Assembly: GCA_964490245.1 (NCBI GenBank)
Contig: CAZBAF010000004.1
Coordinates: 16,072-80,071 of the forward strand
Reading direction: 5' to 3'
DNA from: an uncultured Candidatus Saccharibacteria bacterium
Lineage (GTDB): Bacteria; Patescibacteriota; Saccharimonadia; Saccharimonadales; JACDBH01
DNA: 64,000 bases
The notes beneath the pieces were generated by a model. That model searched no databases and had not been told where the DNA came from. It saw only the letters and a program-made list of their open reading frames with translations. A program made the translations under genes and the position numbers. Below, piece by piece: positions 1 through 9,880 of this stretch (positions within the stretch are counted from its first letter, which is position 1; the number at the start of each line of letters is the position of its first letter).

Positions 1-131
1 TTCGGCGGGATTATTACTTCAGGCCGGGCCGAAGTATTCGGCTCGGCTTCTGTATATAGCCGTTTACCCGCCAAATCCAGGCGGGCAATCCGTTATCTGA
101 ACCCGAACGGGTTCGTCTCCTCTTGGGCTTT

Positions 132-169
132 CACGAAAAAACCCCAGCAAATGCTGAGGTTTTTTCGTG
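132..169. terminator. Bidirectional hairpin terminator
   Basis: Perfect 12-bp inverted repeat CACGAAAAAACC / GGTTTTTTCGTG with a 14-nt loop. It has A/T runs on both sides and abuts the 3' end of tRNA-Glu. Confidence 0.6.
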
Positions 170-244
170 GTGATCCCGGCGGGATTCGAACCCGCGATCT
201 TCTGGATGAGAACCAGATATCCTTGACCACTAGACGACGGGACC
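168..244 (-). tRNA. tRNA-Glu (anticodon CUC)
   Basis: The reverse complement reads GGTCCCGTCGTCTAGTGGTCAAGGATATCTGGTTCTCATCCAGAAGATCGCGGGTTCGAATCCCGCCGGGATCACCA. It has a 7-bp acceptor stem, a GGTTCGAATCC T-arm, the anticodon loop TTCTCAT and an encoded CCA. Confidence 0.9.
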
Positions 245-309
245 GTGTGGCTTCTATGGCTGCTACTTAGTCTAACATAACAGAGGTGGATTGTCCAGCT
301 TGTGCTGAT

Positions 310-720
310 TTATTGTTCGAGGGAAAGCTTGTCCAGGAAAGCGACCAGCTCCTTAGGAGTAATGGCGGCCTTGATAATATAGCCGTCCGCCTGGCTTTCT
401 ATTTCGGATCTGGTATCATCTGCCTGATCAAGGTTGGTCGTGATGACAATCTTACTTTTAAAGCCCGGACTGAGTGAAGGATCGCGCAGGGTGCGCAGGA
501 TCTCTATGCCCGTCATTCCCGGTACCATTAGATCAAGCAAAATAATGTCGTAATGGTTGGTCTGGGCTGCCTGCAGGCCGTCCTGGCCGTTGAGCACGGT
601 GCTGACTTCGTAGCCTGCTTTTCTGAGCGCCCGTTCATAGAGTTCGCTGATAAAAAACTCATCCTCAATACACAGCACTTTTATGGGAGTTTCGGAATTT
701 GTGTTGCTGTCTGCGGTCAT
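310..720 (-). CDS. Single-domain (CheY-like) response regulator
   Basis: 136 aa, receiver domain only (IEDE...ILLDLMVPGMTG...K). It lies 5 nt downstream of the histidine kinase gene. Confidence 0.85.
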   Translation of the reverse strand: MTADSNTNSETPIKVLCIEDEFFISELYERALRKAGYEVSTVLNGQDGLQAAQTNHYDIILLDLMVPGMTGIEILRTLRDPSLSPGFKSKIVITTNLDQADDTRSEIESQADGYIIKAAITPKELVAFLDKLSLEQ

Positions 721-725
721 GATGT

Positions 726-2267
726 TTACCTCCTGTATAGCGAATGATTTTTTATCCAGCCGCCGGCCTGGCGTTCGATGCCGTCTTTATTAAGGCTGCC
801 GGCCTGGTCTTTGGCGTTTTCGTATGTCTGGATGCTGAAGCCGAAGGTACTGCCCTGACCTTCTTTACTGTTGACCCAGACATTGCCGCCGTGAGCGCTT
901 ACGATGGATTTGACGATGTACAGACCCAGACCGCTGCCGCTGACGGCGTTACGCGAACGGTGCGACCGGTAATAGCGCGTGAACAAGCCGTCCATGGCGC
1001 TTTGCGGCATTCCCGGGCCGAAGTCCTGGATCTCAGTTTCTATGCTACCACTTTTACCCAGGCGCGTATGAATAATAATTTCGGACGATTGTCCGCTGTA
1101 CTTTATGGCGTTATCAACAAGATTGCTGACCACCTCGTACATGCTGATACGGTCTATGGCAGCCGCCGGCAGGCCGGGAGCGATATTCAGTTTCAATTTT
1201 TTGCCGCGTACGGTGGCGCGTATGCTGAGATCATCGATAATCTCTGTTAAAACCGCCGGCCAGTCTGCTTCCTGCAGATTGAGGACGAGCTGGTTTTCGT
1301 CGATCCGGGCGATATTGAGGATGTTACTTACAAAGGCTGTCAACGTTTGGGCCGAGGCGTTCATTTTGCGCATAAACTCGCTGAGCTCGGGGGTTAGTTT
1401 ATCGCCCAGCTCGTCTTCAAATACTTCAATATAGCCGCGCAGCAGCGTCAGGGGCGTGCGCAGTTCGTGTACTGCGACCGCAACGTAGCCTGCGGATTGA
1501 TCAAGCTTGCTGTACAGTTCGGTTTTGTCAAAAAGCGCCAGCATGAGCTCATTGCCGGCAGGATTCTCTTTGCTGTAGGTTGCAGCAAGATCAAATTGGC
1601 GGACGGATTTGTTATCAGGCGGTGTGAGCCGGACATGCTCCCAGGTGCGTGTATCGATGGCTCTGGTCGTACTGACGTGCGTCAGCCAATTATCGAGTGT
1701 ATCGTCTGATGTGAAGGACAGCTTTAGGACGTCGTACATGCTTTTGCCCGCCAGTGACCGAGGGTCCTCGCCCAGCACTATGCCGGCCTGCCGGTTCGCC
1801 CAGCGGATGCCCCTGTCTTTATCTATAACAAACAGGGCGAGCGGCATAGCATCGACCAACTCCATGCCGCCCTGTACCCCGGAAGTCGCTTCTGCGGCGT
1901 CTTTACCGGTGGTAGCCGGGCTGCCGGCGAGTTCGTAAATCTGCTGAATGACGGAACGCACGAGTTCGCGGCCGGTCTTGAGGGATTCAAGCTTCGGTGC
2001 GGCCACGTTATTGCGCTGGGGACTGATGTGCCAGACGGCCTGCCAGATTTTTTCAACCGGCCCCATGCTGATGCGGGCCAGGCGGATATAGAACAGAGTA
2101 GCCGAGACAGTAAAAACCACGGCACCGGCTGACATGACAATCCATGCGTCCGCTTGGAGGTAATAGTGGACCACCAAAACCGTGCCGGCTGCAAAGATGC
2201 CCGGCAGCAGCATGGCCGCCACGATATAGCCGGTCAGCTGCTGGCTATATCGTTTGAGGTGGTTCAT
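726..2267 (-). CDS. Sensor histidine kinase (2 TM, PAS-like, HisKA, HATPase_c)
   Basis: 513 aa with an H-box HELRTPL, N/G boxes (DNAIKY, DFGPGM, GSGLGL) and N-terminal TM helices. Confidence 0.85.
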   Translation of the reverse strand: MNHLKRYSQQLTGYIVAAMLLPGIFAAGTVLVVHYYLQADAWIVMSAGAVVFTVSATLFYIRLARISMGPVEKIWQAVWHISPQRNNVAAPKLESLKTGRELVRSVIQQIYELAGSPATTGKDAAEATSGVQGGMELVDAMPLALFVIDKDRGIRWANRQAGIVLGEDPRSLAGKSMYDVLKLSFTSDDTLDNWLTHVSTTRAIDTRTWEHVRLTPPDNKSVRQFDLAATYSKENPAGNELMLALFDKTELYSKLDQSAGYVAVAVHELRTPLTLLRGYIEVFEDELGDKLTPELSEFMRKMNASAQTLTAFVSNILNIARIDENQLVLNLQEADWPAVLTEIIDDLSIRATVRGKKLKLNIAPGLPAAAIDRISMYEVVSNLVDNAIKYSGQSSEIIIHTRLGKSGSIETEIQDFGPGMPQSAMDGLFTRYYRSHRSRNAVSGSGLGLYIVKSIVSAHGGNVWVNSKEGQGSTFGFSIQTYENAKDQAGSLNKDGIERQAGGWIKNHSLYRR

Positions 2268-2370
2268 TGTGTCCTGCTCCGTGTGTTATCTGAAAATAAG
2301 TGGAGGTGATCTGTGTTTTTGCAGTGTTGGGTCATGCGGCATTTTTAGCAGGCTCTAAGGCTCGTCCGGT

Positions 2371-3747
2371 TTATGGATTATGGGTGACTCTATCGGCTGA
2401 TTCAACAATACTGAACCAGGTTTGGCCGGGGTTGAGCGCAATGACGTTGCCCTCATTGTCCTTTAGCTGCCATTGTGCGGTACGGCTGGGCTTGCTCCAG
2501 GTGCCTTCAATGACTTTGCCATCCTGAAACACGTACACTTTGCCGCTGCCGGTTGTGCCGTAAATAGTGTGGATACGGTTGGCGTGAATGCTCTTGTTGA
2601 CAATCGGTACAATCACTACGTCCGGCGCCAGCTGTTCGCCGCTTTCGGCATCCAGGTGGGCGGCGCCGCCCTGACTGCGCAGGTAGCGATTGGTGTTTTT
2701 GTCATAGCGGAAGGTGACGTTATAGAGTGCGCTTGAGATACGCAGGTTTACAACACTGGCTGCGGGCAGCTCGGGTTCTGTTGTCGCTTCGGTTGTATCT
2801 TCTACGTCGCCGCTTTCGGTCTCGGCCGGCTCGTCCTCGGTAACAGGCTCTTTGCGCGGCAGACTGGTAAAGGTGCCGTTACTGTAGCCTTTTGCGTTGA
2901 ACAGATCCAGCATCTGCTGTCCGGTTGAGTAAAGATTGTGCGGTGCGTAGCGGTTGGTAACGCGGCGGAATGAACCGCCGTTGACGCCGTGGTCCATATC
3001 CTGCACGCCCATAGTGCGCACGTCATTGAGAGCTTCAGGCGAGCCGCCGGCGTGCACGATCGGCGCGTTATACGGCATAAACCAGTCTATAAAATACGGC
3101 CGCAGACTGCGGATTGGTCCAATATTGGCCGGGACGTTGTCGTGATAGATGGCATTAAAGCGTGTAATGCCGCCCTCAGCGATGGCTTCCATTATAATAT
3201 CGGCTTCGCGCAGACCGGACTGTGGGCGGGCCTCGGGGCTGTTTTCGATCTGGACGGCATAGATCGGCTTATTGTTTTCGCCGATAGGCAGCTGCCGGCC
3301 GCTGACGCGTGAGGCTTCGGTGGTGGGTGCTGGTTTTGGTTCGGGTTCAGGCTCCTGCTGCTGGACGACAGGCGGGGTGGTGTCACGGATGGCAAACCAG
3401 TAGACCGCACCGGCAATAACTCCCAGTAGCACTGCCCCGGCGGCAATGGCGATTATCCATTCTTTTTTATTGCGCGGTTTTCTAAGCGGCAGCTTAAAGC
3501 GCTTTTTTGGCTTTGGCGGCGTTGGAGCCGCCGGCTTATCTGGCCTGGACTCGGGGTTCGGTGCGGGTTTGGGGGGCGGCGGGGCTGCCGTGGTAGGCGT
3601 CTGTACCGGAGCAGCTGCCGGCGCACGGGGCGGAACCGCCTTATGCGCCAGAGTTTGGTCTGGCCTGGCGCGAGGCGTCAGCGGTTGGCCAACAGGTATA
3701 CGGGGTCGCTTTGACGGGCGAACAAAATCATCCATACTTGGAAGCAT
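2371..3747 (-). CDS. DUF3048 (YerB-like) membrane-anchored protein with a Pro-rich linker
   Basis: 458 aa. After a TM helix and a P/A/K-rich stretch it carries the motif AVQIENSPEARPQSGL..ADI..E..AEGGITRF. Confidence 0.65.
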   Translation of the reverse strand: MLPSMDDFVRPSKRPRIPVGQPLTPRARPDQTLAHKAVPPRAPAAAPVQTPTTAAPPPPKPAPNPESRPDKPAAPTPPKPKKRFKLPLRKPRNKKEWIIAIAAGAVLLGVIAGAVYWFAIRDTTPPVVQQQEPEPEPKPAPTTEASRVSGRQLPIGENNKPIYAVQIENSPEARPQSGLREADIIMEAIAEGGITRFNAIYHDNVPANIGPIRSLRPYFIDWFMPYNAPIVHAGGSPEALNDVRTMGVQDMDHGVNGGSFRRVTNRYAPHNLYSTGQQMLDLFNAKGYSNGTFTSLPRKEPVTEDEPAETESGDVEDTTEATTEPELPAASVVNLRISSALYNVTFRYDKNTNRYLRSQGGAAHLDAESGEQLAPDVVIVPIVNKSIHANRIHTIYGTTGSGKVYVFQDGKVIEGTWSKPSRTAQWQLKDNEGNVIALNPGQTWFSIVESADRVTHNP

Positions 3748-3950
3748 TCTAGCATAAGCGTCCGCTGCAGAGAAAGCGGTTGAAAAAATACCAAAAAATG
3801 CTTTTGCAGTAGAGTGTAAACCCTCGGTCCTGGTAACGGTTCTTTGCCGTGCTGCTGCCTGGCCCTTCCGCTAGGCAAAAGTGCAGCAGATACAGGCCGC
3901 AGCGCTTTAGCAGCTTATTCGGCGCTGCGTCATCTGTTATACTTTGATAG

Positions 3951-5570
3951 ATGTATTCACCTGCCCTAATTGAGAGACTAATTAAACTTTTGGCGCCGGA
4001 CGGTTATGTGCCGCGCGCTGAAAGCGAGGCCCGTTACCCTGCCCGTGATTTACCGGATGGCGCAGAGGTTATGCGTGTACCGCCCAGTCCGACCGGTTTT
4101 GTGCATATCGGGACCATTTATGCAGGCCTGGTAAACGAGCGTATTGCCCACCAGTCCGCCGGTGGCGGAGGCGGCGTGTTTATCCTGCGCATTGAAGACA
4201 CCGATAAAAAGCGCGAAATCGAAGGCTCGGTTGATGGCATTATCAACGCGTTTAAAGCGTTTGAGCTGGAGTACGACGAAGGCCCGGACCGTGACGCGTC
4301 ATACGGCCCGTATCTGCAGAGCGAACGGGCGCAGATCTATCTGGGTTATGCGATTGAGCTGCTTCAATCCGGCCGCGCCTACCCCTGTTTTGCGACACCC
4401 GAGGAGTTGCAGGCCGCCGTCAAGGACCAGCAGGCTCAAAAGCTCCGTCCCGGCTATTATGGCCAGTGGGCGCTGTGGCGTGATCGTTCCGAACAGGACG
4501 TTATAGAGGCGCTTGATGCGGGCAAGCCGTTTGTGCTGCGCTTTAAGAGTCTTGGTTCGCACGACCGGCGCATTCGCTACACCGATGTTTTTAAGGGCAA
4601 AATGGAAGTACCTGAGAACGATCTTGATGTGCCGCTGATCAAATCTGACGAAACCCGCCTGCCCACCTATCATCTGGCGCATGTGGTCGATGATCATCTG
4701 ATGCGCATCACTAAGGTCTTCCGCAGTGACGAGTGGCTGCCCTCGACCGCGCTGCATATTGAGCTTAGCCAGGCACTTGGGCACCAGCCGTTCACCTATG
4801 GTCACTTTGCACCGATCTCTGTTATTGATAAAAACGGCGGCGGCAAGCGCAAACTCAGCAAGCGCAAAGACGACGAGGCCGACGTGCAGTACTGGCTTAA
4901 GGCCGGCTATCCGATTGAGGCAGTCAAGGCATATCTGCTGGGTCTGGCCAATAGCAACTTTGAGGACTGGTACCGTGCCAATCCCGACAAGCCGGTAACA
5001 GAATTCACTGTCAGTCTAGAGAAACTGGCGGCAAGCCGCGCCCCTCTGCTTGACATGACAAAACTAGAAGATTATGCCAAAGATTATATTGCCCGCCTGC
5101 CGCAGGACGAGTTTAATCGGCAGATAAGCGACCATGCTGACGACGTGTTTCATGCGGCACTTGAGGCCGATCCTGAGTACACCGGCCGCGTGCTGTCCAT
5201 TGAGCGCGACGGCGACAAACCGCGTAAAGATCTGGCCAAATGGAGCGATGCGTACGAGCAGTACGGCTACTTTTTTGACGGGATGTATGAGGCGGACTTC
5301 AAAAACCGCATCACGGACGAGCTAAAAGATTTGTCTAAAGAAACTATTAAATCAGCCCTGGACAGGTATCTGCAGGATTATAAACAAACGGATGCGCAAG
5401 ATGTCTGGCTCAGCAAAGCCCGCGCCGGCGCTGAAGAAGTTAGCCTGCACATGCGCGATTATACCCGCATCATCCGTGTCAAGCTGACCGGCAAAACCCG
5501 CACCCCGGATCTGTACGCTATCCAACAGGTTATGGGTGACGACCGCGTCCGTGCCCGGCTAGGCTTCTAG
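3951..5570 (+). CDS. gltX: Glutamate--tRNA ligase
   Basis: 539 aa with class I signatures PSPTGFVHIG (HIGH), RIEDTD and KLSKRK (KMSKS). Confidence 0.9.
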   Translation: MYSPALIERLIKLLAPDGYVPRAESEARYPARDLPDGAEVMRVPPSPTGFVHIGTIYAGLVNERIAHQSAGGGGGVFILRIEDTDKKREIEGSVDGIINAFKAFELEYDEGPDRDASYGPYLQSERAQIYLGYAIELLQSGRAYPCFATPEELQAAVKDQQAQKLRPGYYGQWALWRDRSEQDVIEALDAGKPFVLRFKSLGSHDRRIRYTDVFKGKMEVPENDLDVPLIKSDETRLPTYHLAHVVDDHLMRITKVFRSDEWLPSTALHIELSQALGHQPFTYGHFAPISVIDKNGGGKRKLSKRKDDEADVQYWLKAGYPIEAVKAYLLGLANSNFEDWYRANPDKPVTEFTVSLEKLAASRAPLLDMTKLEDYAKDYIARLPQDEFNRQISDHADDVFHAALEADPEYTGRVLSIERDGDKPRKDLAKWSDAYEQYGYFFDGMYEADFKNRITDELKDLSKETIKSALDRYLQDYKQTDAQDVWLSKARAGAEEVSLHMRDYTRIIRVKLTGKTRTPDLYAIQQVMGDDRVRARLGF

Positions 5571-6101
5571 CAGTGTGAGCAGCTTAACTGTCGTGTTCCA
5601 GCTGCGGATGGTGACGTTTTTATAAACCGGCTGGCTGATGATTTTATTAAGCCGGCTTTTAGTCCGTTCGCTGCTAAGACGCTGAAAATATACCACCCCA
5701 TTTGCCTGCCATGCCTTGTCGACTTCAGGATTTACTTCGGTGACTTGTATGATTTCACCGCTTGATATGCCCATGGGGAACAGCACGTCGCTGTGGTATT
5801 TCTCTGGTTGGCTGCCGAATCCGGCCGGAGCGTTGTTAACGATTTGTCCAAGTTGCACCGGGTTAAGCACCAGTACTTTAATGAGTTCGCTGTCGGTTTT
5901 GAAATGCCTGGTAATAACCTCCTCCACGCGGCGCCCCACTGTATCGGCCGTCAGCGGAGATTCAAGCAAAATGTTGCCGCTGTTTATGTAGCTGGAGACG
6001 TTTTTAAAGCCGTCATCCCATAGGTGCGACTTTAAGTCGGTCATAGAAACTGTATTTTTACCCCCGACATTCACGCCGCGCAGCAGACAAAGATATCGCA
6101 T
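5559..6101 (-). CDS. DUF1697 domain protein
   Basis: 180 aa. The N-terminus MRYLCLLRGVNVGGKN...INSGN is typical of DUF1697. Confidence 0.8.
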   Translation of the reverse strand: MRYLCLLRGVNVGGKNTVSMTDLKSHLWDDGFKNVSSYINSGNILLESPLTADTVGRRVEEVITRHFKTDSELIKVLVLNPVQLGQIVNNAPAGFGSQPEKYHSDVLFPMGISSGEIIQVTEVNPEVDKAWQANGVVYFQRLSSERTKSRLNKIISQPVYKNVTIRSWNTTVKLLTLLEA

Positions 6102-6261
6102 GCAGGTATTGTAGCGTATGTGCGTAAACCTACATTCTTCTTATTCTACATTATACCATACGGCGTCAAGTATGTCAATTCTCACCCTTGTCACAAGACT
6201 AAAGTATAAATTATAGAATACAGAGTACCGTATATCGTATTACGCATATCGTAGTACGAAT

Positions 6262-6726
6262 AAGCGGCCGGAGGCCGCTATAAAACAGTGCCCGTTAGGG
6301 CTTCTGCTTTTTTTGGGCATCGGCTTTTGCCCTGAGCGGATGTGCCAAACAGACAACGGCCAAAGGCGGCCAGGTGTTAAGCAATCCCATCCCAAGTAGC
6401 AAGGGATTGTGTGTTCTGGCCGTGCCGTTGTCTGGCTTGGCAACAGGCGCATCAAGGCAAAAACGCAGCCCAAGTTTTTTGGGTTCCGTTTTTGGCGATC
6501 CAAAAATGGAACAAGTTGCTTCTTGGTTGCAAGAAGGTATGAAAAGGAGTTAGTCTTTTTTTGCATACTTTTCTGCTGAACCAGAAAAGTATGGCGGTCA
6601 AAAGCCCGATGAGGCTTTACCGAAATTGTTTTAATAGAAAAGATAGACTTAAGACCCTACAGTGGTTTATAGAAATTACTTTGAAAATCCAAGAATAAAA
6701 CAGCCTGACTCTTGGTTCTAAGAACA
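6262..6726 (+). ncRNA. Unclassified multi-copy structured element, copy A (subtype 1, with an extra hairpin insert at 6466-6555)
   Basis: Shares the ordered scaffold and central domain with copies B and C. Stems covary and loops are conserved. The internal ORF 6240..6566(-) is not frame-conserved between copies. Confidence 0.6.
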
Positions 6727-6729
6727 AAA

Positions 6730-7782
6730 CTACATAGAAGTAGCAATACGTATCAACTGGTCGCTGTTAAGCTTGGCATCGCCCTTAATGTCATACCAGA
6801 TGCCGCCGCTGATCCAGGTAGCGTTCGATTCGCCATACAGATAAATAGTACGGCCCTTGTCTTCATAAGTATGAATATTATCGTCTGTGCTGGCAACATA
6901 GTTATCCCGCAGTGTTTCGCTGTTCCAGTTTGATTGACGCTGGGTGATGCTAAAGCTGCGCTCATCTGCATTTGACTGGAAGCTGACCGTTATTTGGCCG
7001 GGTGTGTACTGAATGTGGTGGTCCAGCGCAAAGCCTGCCGGCCGCCAGCCTGGCAAGGAGGCGTTGATGCCTGCCCTGGTGGCTGCGTAACGGATGGCAA
7101 TGTTCGGTATGTTCTGATAGGCGATAAAGGCGCCCAGCAGCAGCACGCTTAAACCGGCCGCTGCAAGACCAGTCAGGCGCCGTTTACCGGCACTGCGCTT
7201 GCGCGGTGCTTTTTTGGCGGGCTCGGTATGGCTTTGGGCGGCGCGCAGGCCGTTGTCCAGCATGGTTTGTATAGCAGACGGGCGCTGGGGGGCGCTTTTA
7301 GGTACGGGCCGGACGTTTGCCGCGGCAGCCGTTGCCGGCTTGACTTTAGCTGATGCCGACGGGCGGGCAGCTGCTTTTGGAGGTTGGGTGTTGAGGTTGA
7401 ATCTACTGACAAGTTTGCTGCGTTTGACCTCTGCTGCGCGCGCCTGGCGGGCAGGATCAACGCTCGTCGGACGCGGACCGGGCCGCTTGCCTGCCGGCCG
7501 CACCGGAGCGGCCACATCGGTCACCGGACGAACGGCTTTTGGCCGCGGCGTTGCAGCCACCGGCCTTTTGACGGCCTGACGCATCAGGGTTTTGCTGCGC
7601 TCCTGGACGCGCCGTGCCGGTATGGAGGTGCCGGCCCGCCGTACGTCCTGCAGGGCGCGCCTGACGGTGGTGGCGGTTTTTGCGACCGGCACAGGCGACG
7701 AGCCGCCGGGCCGCAGCAGGTGGCCGGTACGGGCATCATAAAGCTTGCCGTTTATTTCGATGGTTGTTTGTCGTTTGCCCAC
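6730..7782 (-). CDS. Membrane-anchored hypothetical protein (basic Pro/Ala-rich N-terminal half, possible DUF4367-like C-terminal domain)
   Basis: 350-aa ORF with one TM helix (LTGLAAAGLSVLLLGAFIAY). The C-terminal beta-rich domain assignment is tentative. Confidence 0.55.
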   Translation of the reverse strand: MGKRQTTIEINGKLYDARTGHLLRPGGSSPVPVAKTATTVRRALQDVRRAGTSIPARRVQERSKTLMRQAVKRPVAATPRPKAVRPVTDVAAPVRPAGKRPGPRPTSVDPARQARAAEVKRSKLVSRFNLNTQPPKAAARPSASAKVKPATAAAANVRPVPKSAPQRPSAIQTMLDNGLRAAQSHTEPAKKAPRKRSAGKRRLTGLAAAGLSVLLLGAFIAYQNIPNIAIRYAATRAGINASLPGWRPAGFALDHHIQYTPGQITVSFQSNADERSFSITQRQSNWNSETLRDNYVASTDDNIHTYEDKGRTIYLYGESNATWISGGIWYDIKGDAKLNSDQLIRIATSM

Positions 7783-7967
7783 GTTGATGTTTTCGAGCTT
7801 TTCGTGCTGTATTAACAGCCAAGTTGTTACCCTAACTTAGTGCTTCCTATAGTACTGCTTTTTGCCTGCTTTATGCAAGACGCTTCATCCACATTGCGGG
7901 TATTCGTGATGAAAAGGCCGCAGCTGCTGTTATAATAAGGCGTGAATTTATCTCGCACTGTATACTT

Positions 7968-9437
7968 ATGGATTTTCTAGACCCACGCCGTAAAAAAGCT
8001 CACCGCCGCCGTCTGTTTATAGGCTATATCCTGATGGGTATTGGCATAATTATCGGCACCATTACTTTATTCTATCTGGCGTATGGGTATGACATCGACC
8101 GCAAGACCGGCACGGTGATTCAAAACGGCATTGTCTTTGTCGACTCCAAGCCCGGCGGCGCGGTAATTTATTTGAACGATGTACGGCAAAACAGCCGTAC
8201 CGCTTCGCGAATGGCCCTGCCCGCCGGGGTGTACACTGTACGGCTCGAGGCCGAGGGTTACCGCCACTGGGAGCGAACTTTCAATCTGGAGGGCGGACAG
8301 ATTCAGCGGCTCGTCTATCCGTTCCTGTTGCCAAACGTTTTTGAAACTGACGATATGCATCAGTACGAGTTCCAGCCGCAGCTGACCAGCCAAAGTCCGG
8401 ATCGCCGCTGGGTGTTCGTACAGCAGCCCGGTCAGACCTATCTGTTCGATGTCTTTGATCTGCGCGATGCGCAGAAAGCACCTGTTCAGGTGCTGGTTCC
8501 GCCTGCCATACTGACCGAGCCGGCGGCGGAGGCCAGCCTGAAGTTTGTCGAATGGTCCAATGATAACCGTCATGTCCTGCTGGAGCGTACCTTTGGTGAC
8601 AGAACCGAATATATTATGCTGGACCGCGAAAACCCGGCCCAGTCGGTAAATATTAATACAATGATGGGCATAGAGCCCAGGATGCCCTCGCTGCGCAACA
8701 AGCGTCATGACCAGCTGTATTATTTGGACGCCGTACCGGGCGTGTTGCGGGTAGCTGATTTGTCCAGCCGCACAATTTCGGCACCGCTTGTTTCTTCTGC
8801 TTTGGCTTATAACTCATACGGCGATGATATTGTGCTGTTTGTAACCCAGGAGGGCATGGACGAGGGGCGGGCCGAGTTTCGGGTGCTCGAGGGTGATAAG
8901 GTGTATCCGCTCAAGTCTGTCTCGGCTGCAGATGCCTATGTCCTGGATGTGTCACGCTATAGCAACAAGTGGTACTATGTGGTCGGCAGCGCCGCGGACA
9001 ACATGGCATTTGTCTATGAAAACCCCTTGCCCGCCCTGAAGGCGCAAACCAGAACCCCGCTGATTGTGACTGCGATTTTACGGCTCGAGAACCCGCGTTT
9101 TGTAAGCTTCTCGGCTAACACGCAGTTTATCGCGCTGCAAAGCGGCAATAAGCTGCTGGTGATCGACCTCGAGGACAGCCGTCAGTACCGCACCAGCCTG
9201 ACACACGATATACCGCTGGACAGGCAGCTTAAGTGGATGGACGGCCACCGACTTTTGTTTATGGTTGGCAGCCAATCGTACATTCTTGATTTCGACGGCT
9301 CAAACGAGCAAACCCTGGTGACATCGCTGGTCGATCGGCCGTACTTTGACCGCGATTATGACAACGTGTTTACGCTGGAGCGGTCCAAGCAGGATGGCAG
9401 CCGGTTTGCTTTGACCCGGACGGTGATTGAGGATTAG
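7968..9437 (+). CDS. PEGA domain membrane protein with a C-terminal beta-propeller-like region
   Basis: 489 aa with an N-terminal TM helix and a PEGA-type motif (VDSKPGGAVIYLND...YTVRLEAEGY). Confidence 0.65.
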   Translation: MDFLDPRRKKAHRRRLFIGYILMGIGIIIGTITLFYLAYGYDIDRKTGTVIQNGIVFVDSKPGGAVIYLNDVRQNSRTASRMALPAGVYTVRLEAEGYRHWERTFNLEGGQIQRLVYPFLLPNVFETDDMHQYEFQPQLTSQSPDRRWVFVQQPGQTYLFDVFDLRDAQKAPVQVLVPPAILTEPAAEASLKFVEWSNDNRHVLLERTFGDRTEYIMLDRENPAQSVNINTMMGIEPRMPSLRNKRHDQLYYLDAVPGVLRVADLSSRTISAPLVSSALAYNSYGDDIVLFVTQEGMDEGRAEFRVLEGDKVYPLKSVSAADAYVLDVSRYSNKWYYVVGSAADNMAFVYENPLPALKAQTRTPLIVTAILRLENPRFVSFSANTQFIALQSGNKLLVIDLEDSRQYRTSLTHDIPLDRQLKWMDGHRLLFMVGSQSYILDFDGSNEQTLVTSLVDRPYFDRDYDNVFTLERSKQDGSRFALTRTVIED

Positions 9438-9440
9438 GTT

Positions 9441-9824
9441 TTAGTTCTTGCGGCCAAGAGACAGGCTGTTTCATTATTGATCGTCGAAGTTATTTCGACA
9501 AACCCTGGGGACTCTTGACTTCACTTCCTTTTATTAAAACAATTTCGGTAAAACCCCATTCAGGGCTTTTGACCGACATCCTTTCTTGTACTGACAGAAA
9601 AGTAACCAAAAGAGCTCGGCCGGGAACACATCCCGTGACTGTGCTTCCAGTCGAAAAGAACAACGACGCGGCCAGAACTCAAAAATCCTTAACTACTTGG
9701 GATGGATTTTCTTAAACATACTGGCCGCCTTGGTCGTTGTTCTTTCGACGAAGCCCAATCAGGGTATGGTTCCATGCCCAGGAAAAGCTGAAACCCGCTA
9801 AAGCGGGCGCTGTTTTTTATAAAT
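9441..9824 (-). ncRNA. Unclassified multi-copy structured element, copy C (subtype 1, reverse orientation)
   Basis: The reverse complement aligns module by module with copies A and B. The central long stem is fully compensated: GTCGAAAGAACAACGAC/GTCGTTGTTCTTTTCGAC versus GCCAAACAGACAACGG/CCGTTGTCTGGTTTGGC. Confidence 0.6.
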
Positions 9825-9880
9825 CCCTACTTTCGTCGTTTACGACTCGTCAGAACGGCTATGTTATCCGTTGAGTAGGG
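9825..9880 (-). ncRNA. Type III hammerhead self-cleaving ribozyme
   Basis: The minus strand reads CCCTAC-TC|AACGG-ATAACATAG-CCGTT-CTGACGA-GTCG-TAAA-CGAC-GAAA-GTAGGG. All core nucleotides are present: CUGANGA, GAAA, the A15.1-U16.1 pair, the G10.1-C11.1 pair and C17. Predicted cleavage is between 9873 and 9872. Confidence 0.8.

Noticed and set aside
30-100. The minus-strand string AGATAACGG...ACAGAAGCCGAGCCGAAT resembles the 3' CR-V region of bacterial RNase P RNA (ACAGAANCCGGCTTA).
   Set aside because: On the minus strand, the ~300 nt that would have to precede this motif are occupied by a terminator, tRNA-Glu and a response-regulator gene. No GGAAAGTCCGGGC (CR-I) is present.
6240-6566. ORFs predicted inside the repeat copies: 6240..6566(-), 10651..11007(-), 9515..9715(+), 28901..29233(+) and 50568..50831(+). 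A and B show apparent protein similarity.
   Set aside because: The similarity reflects near-identical nucleotides. Between more divergent copies the frame is lost, substitutions are paired across stems rather than codon-wise, and there are no start contexts.
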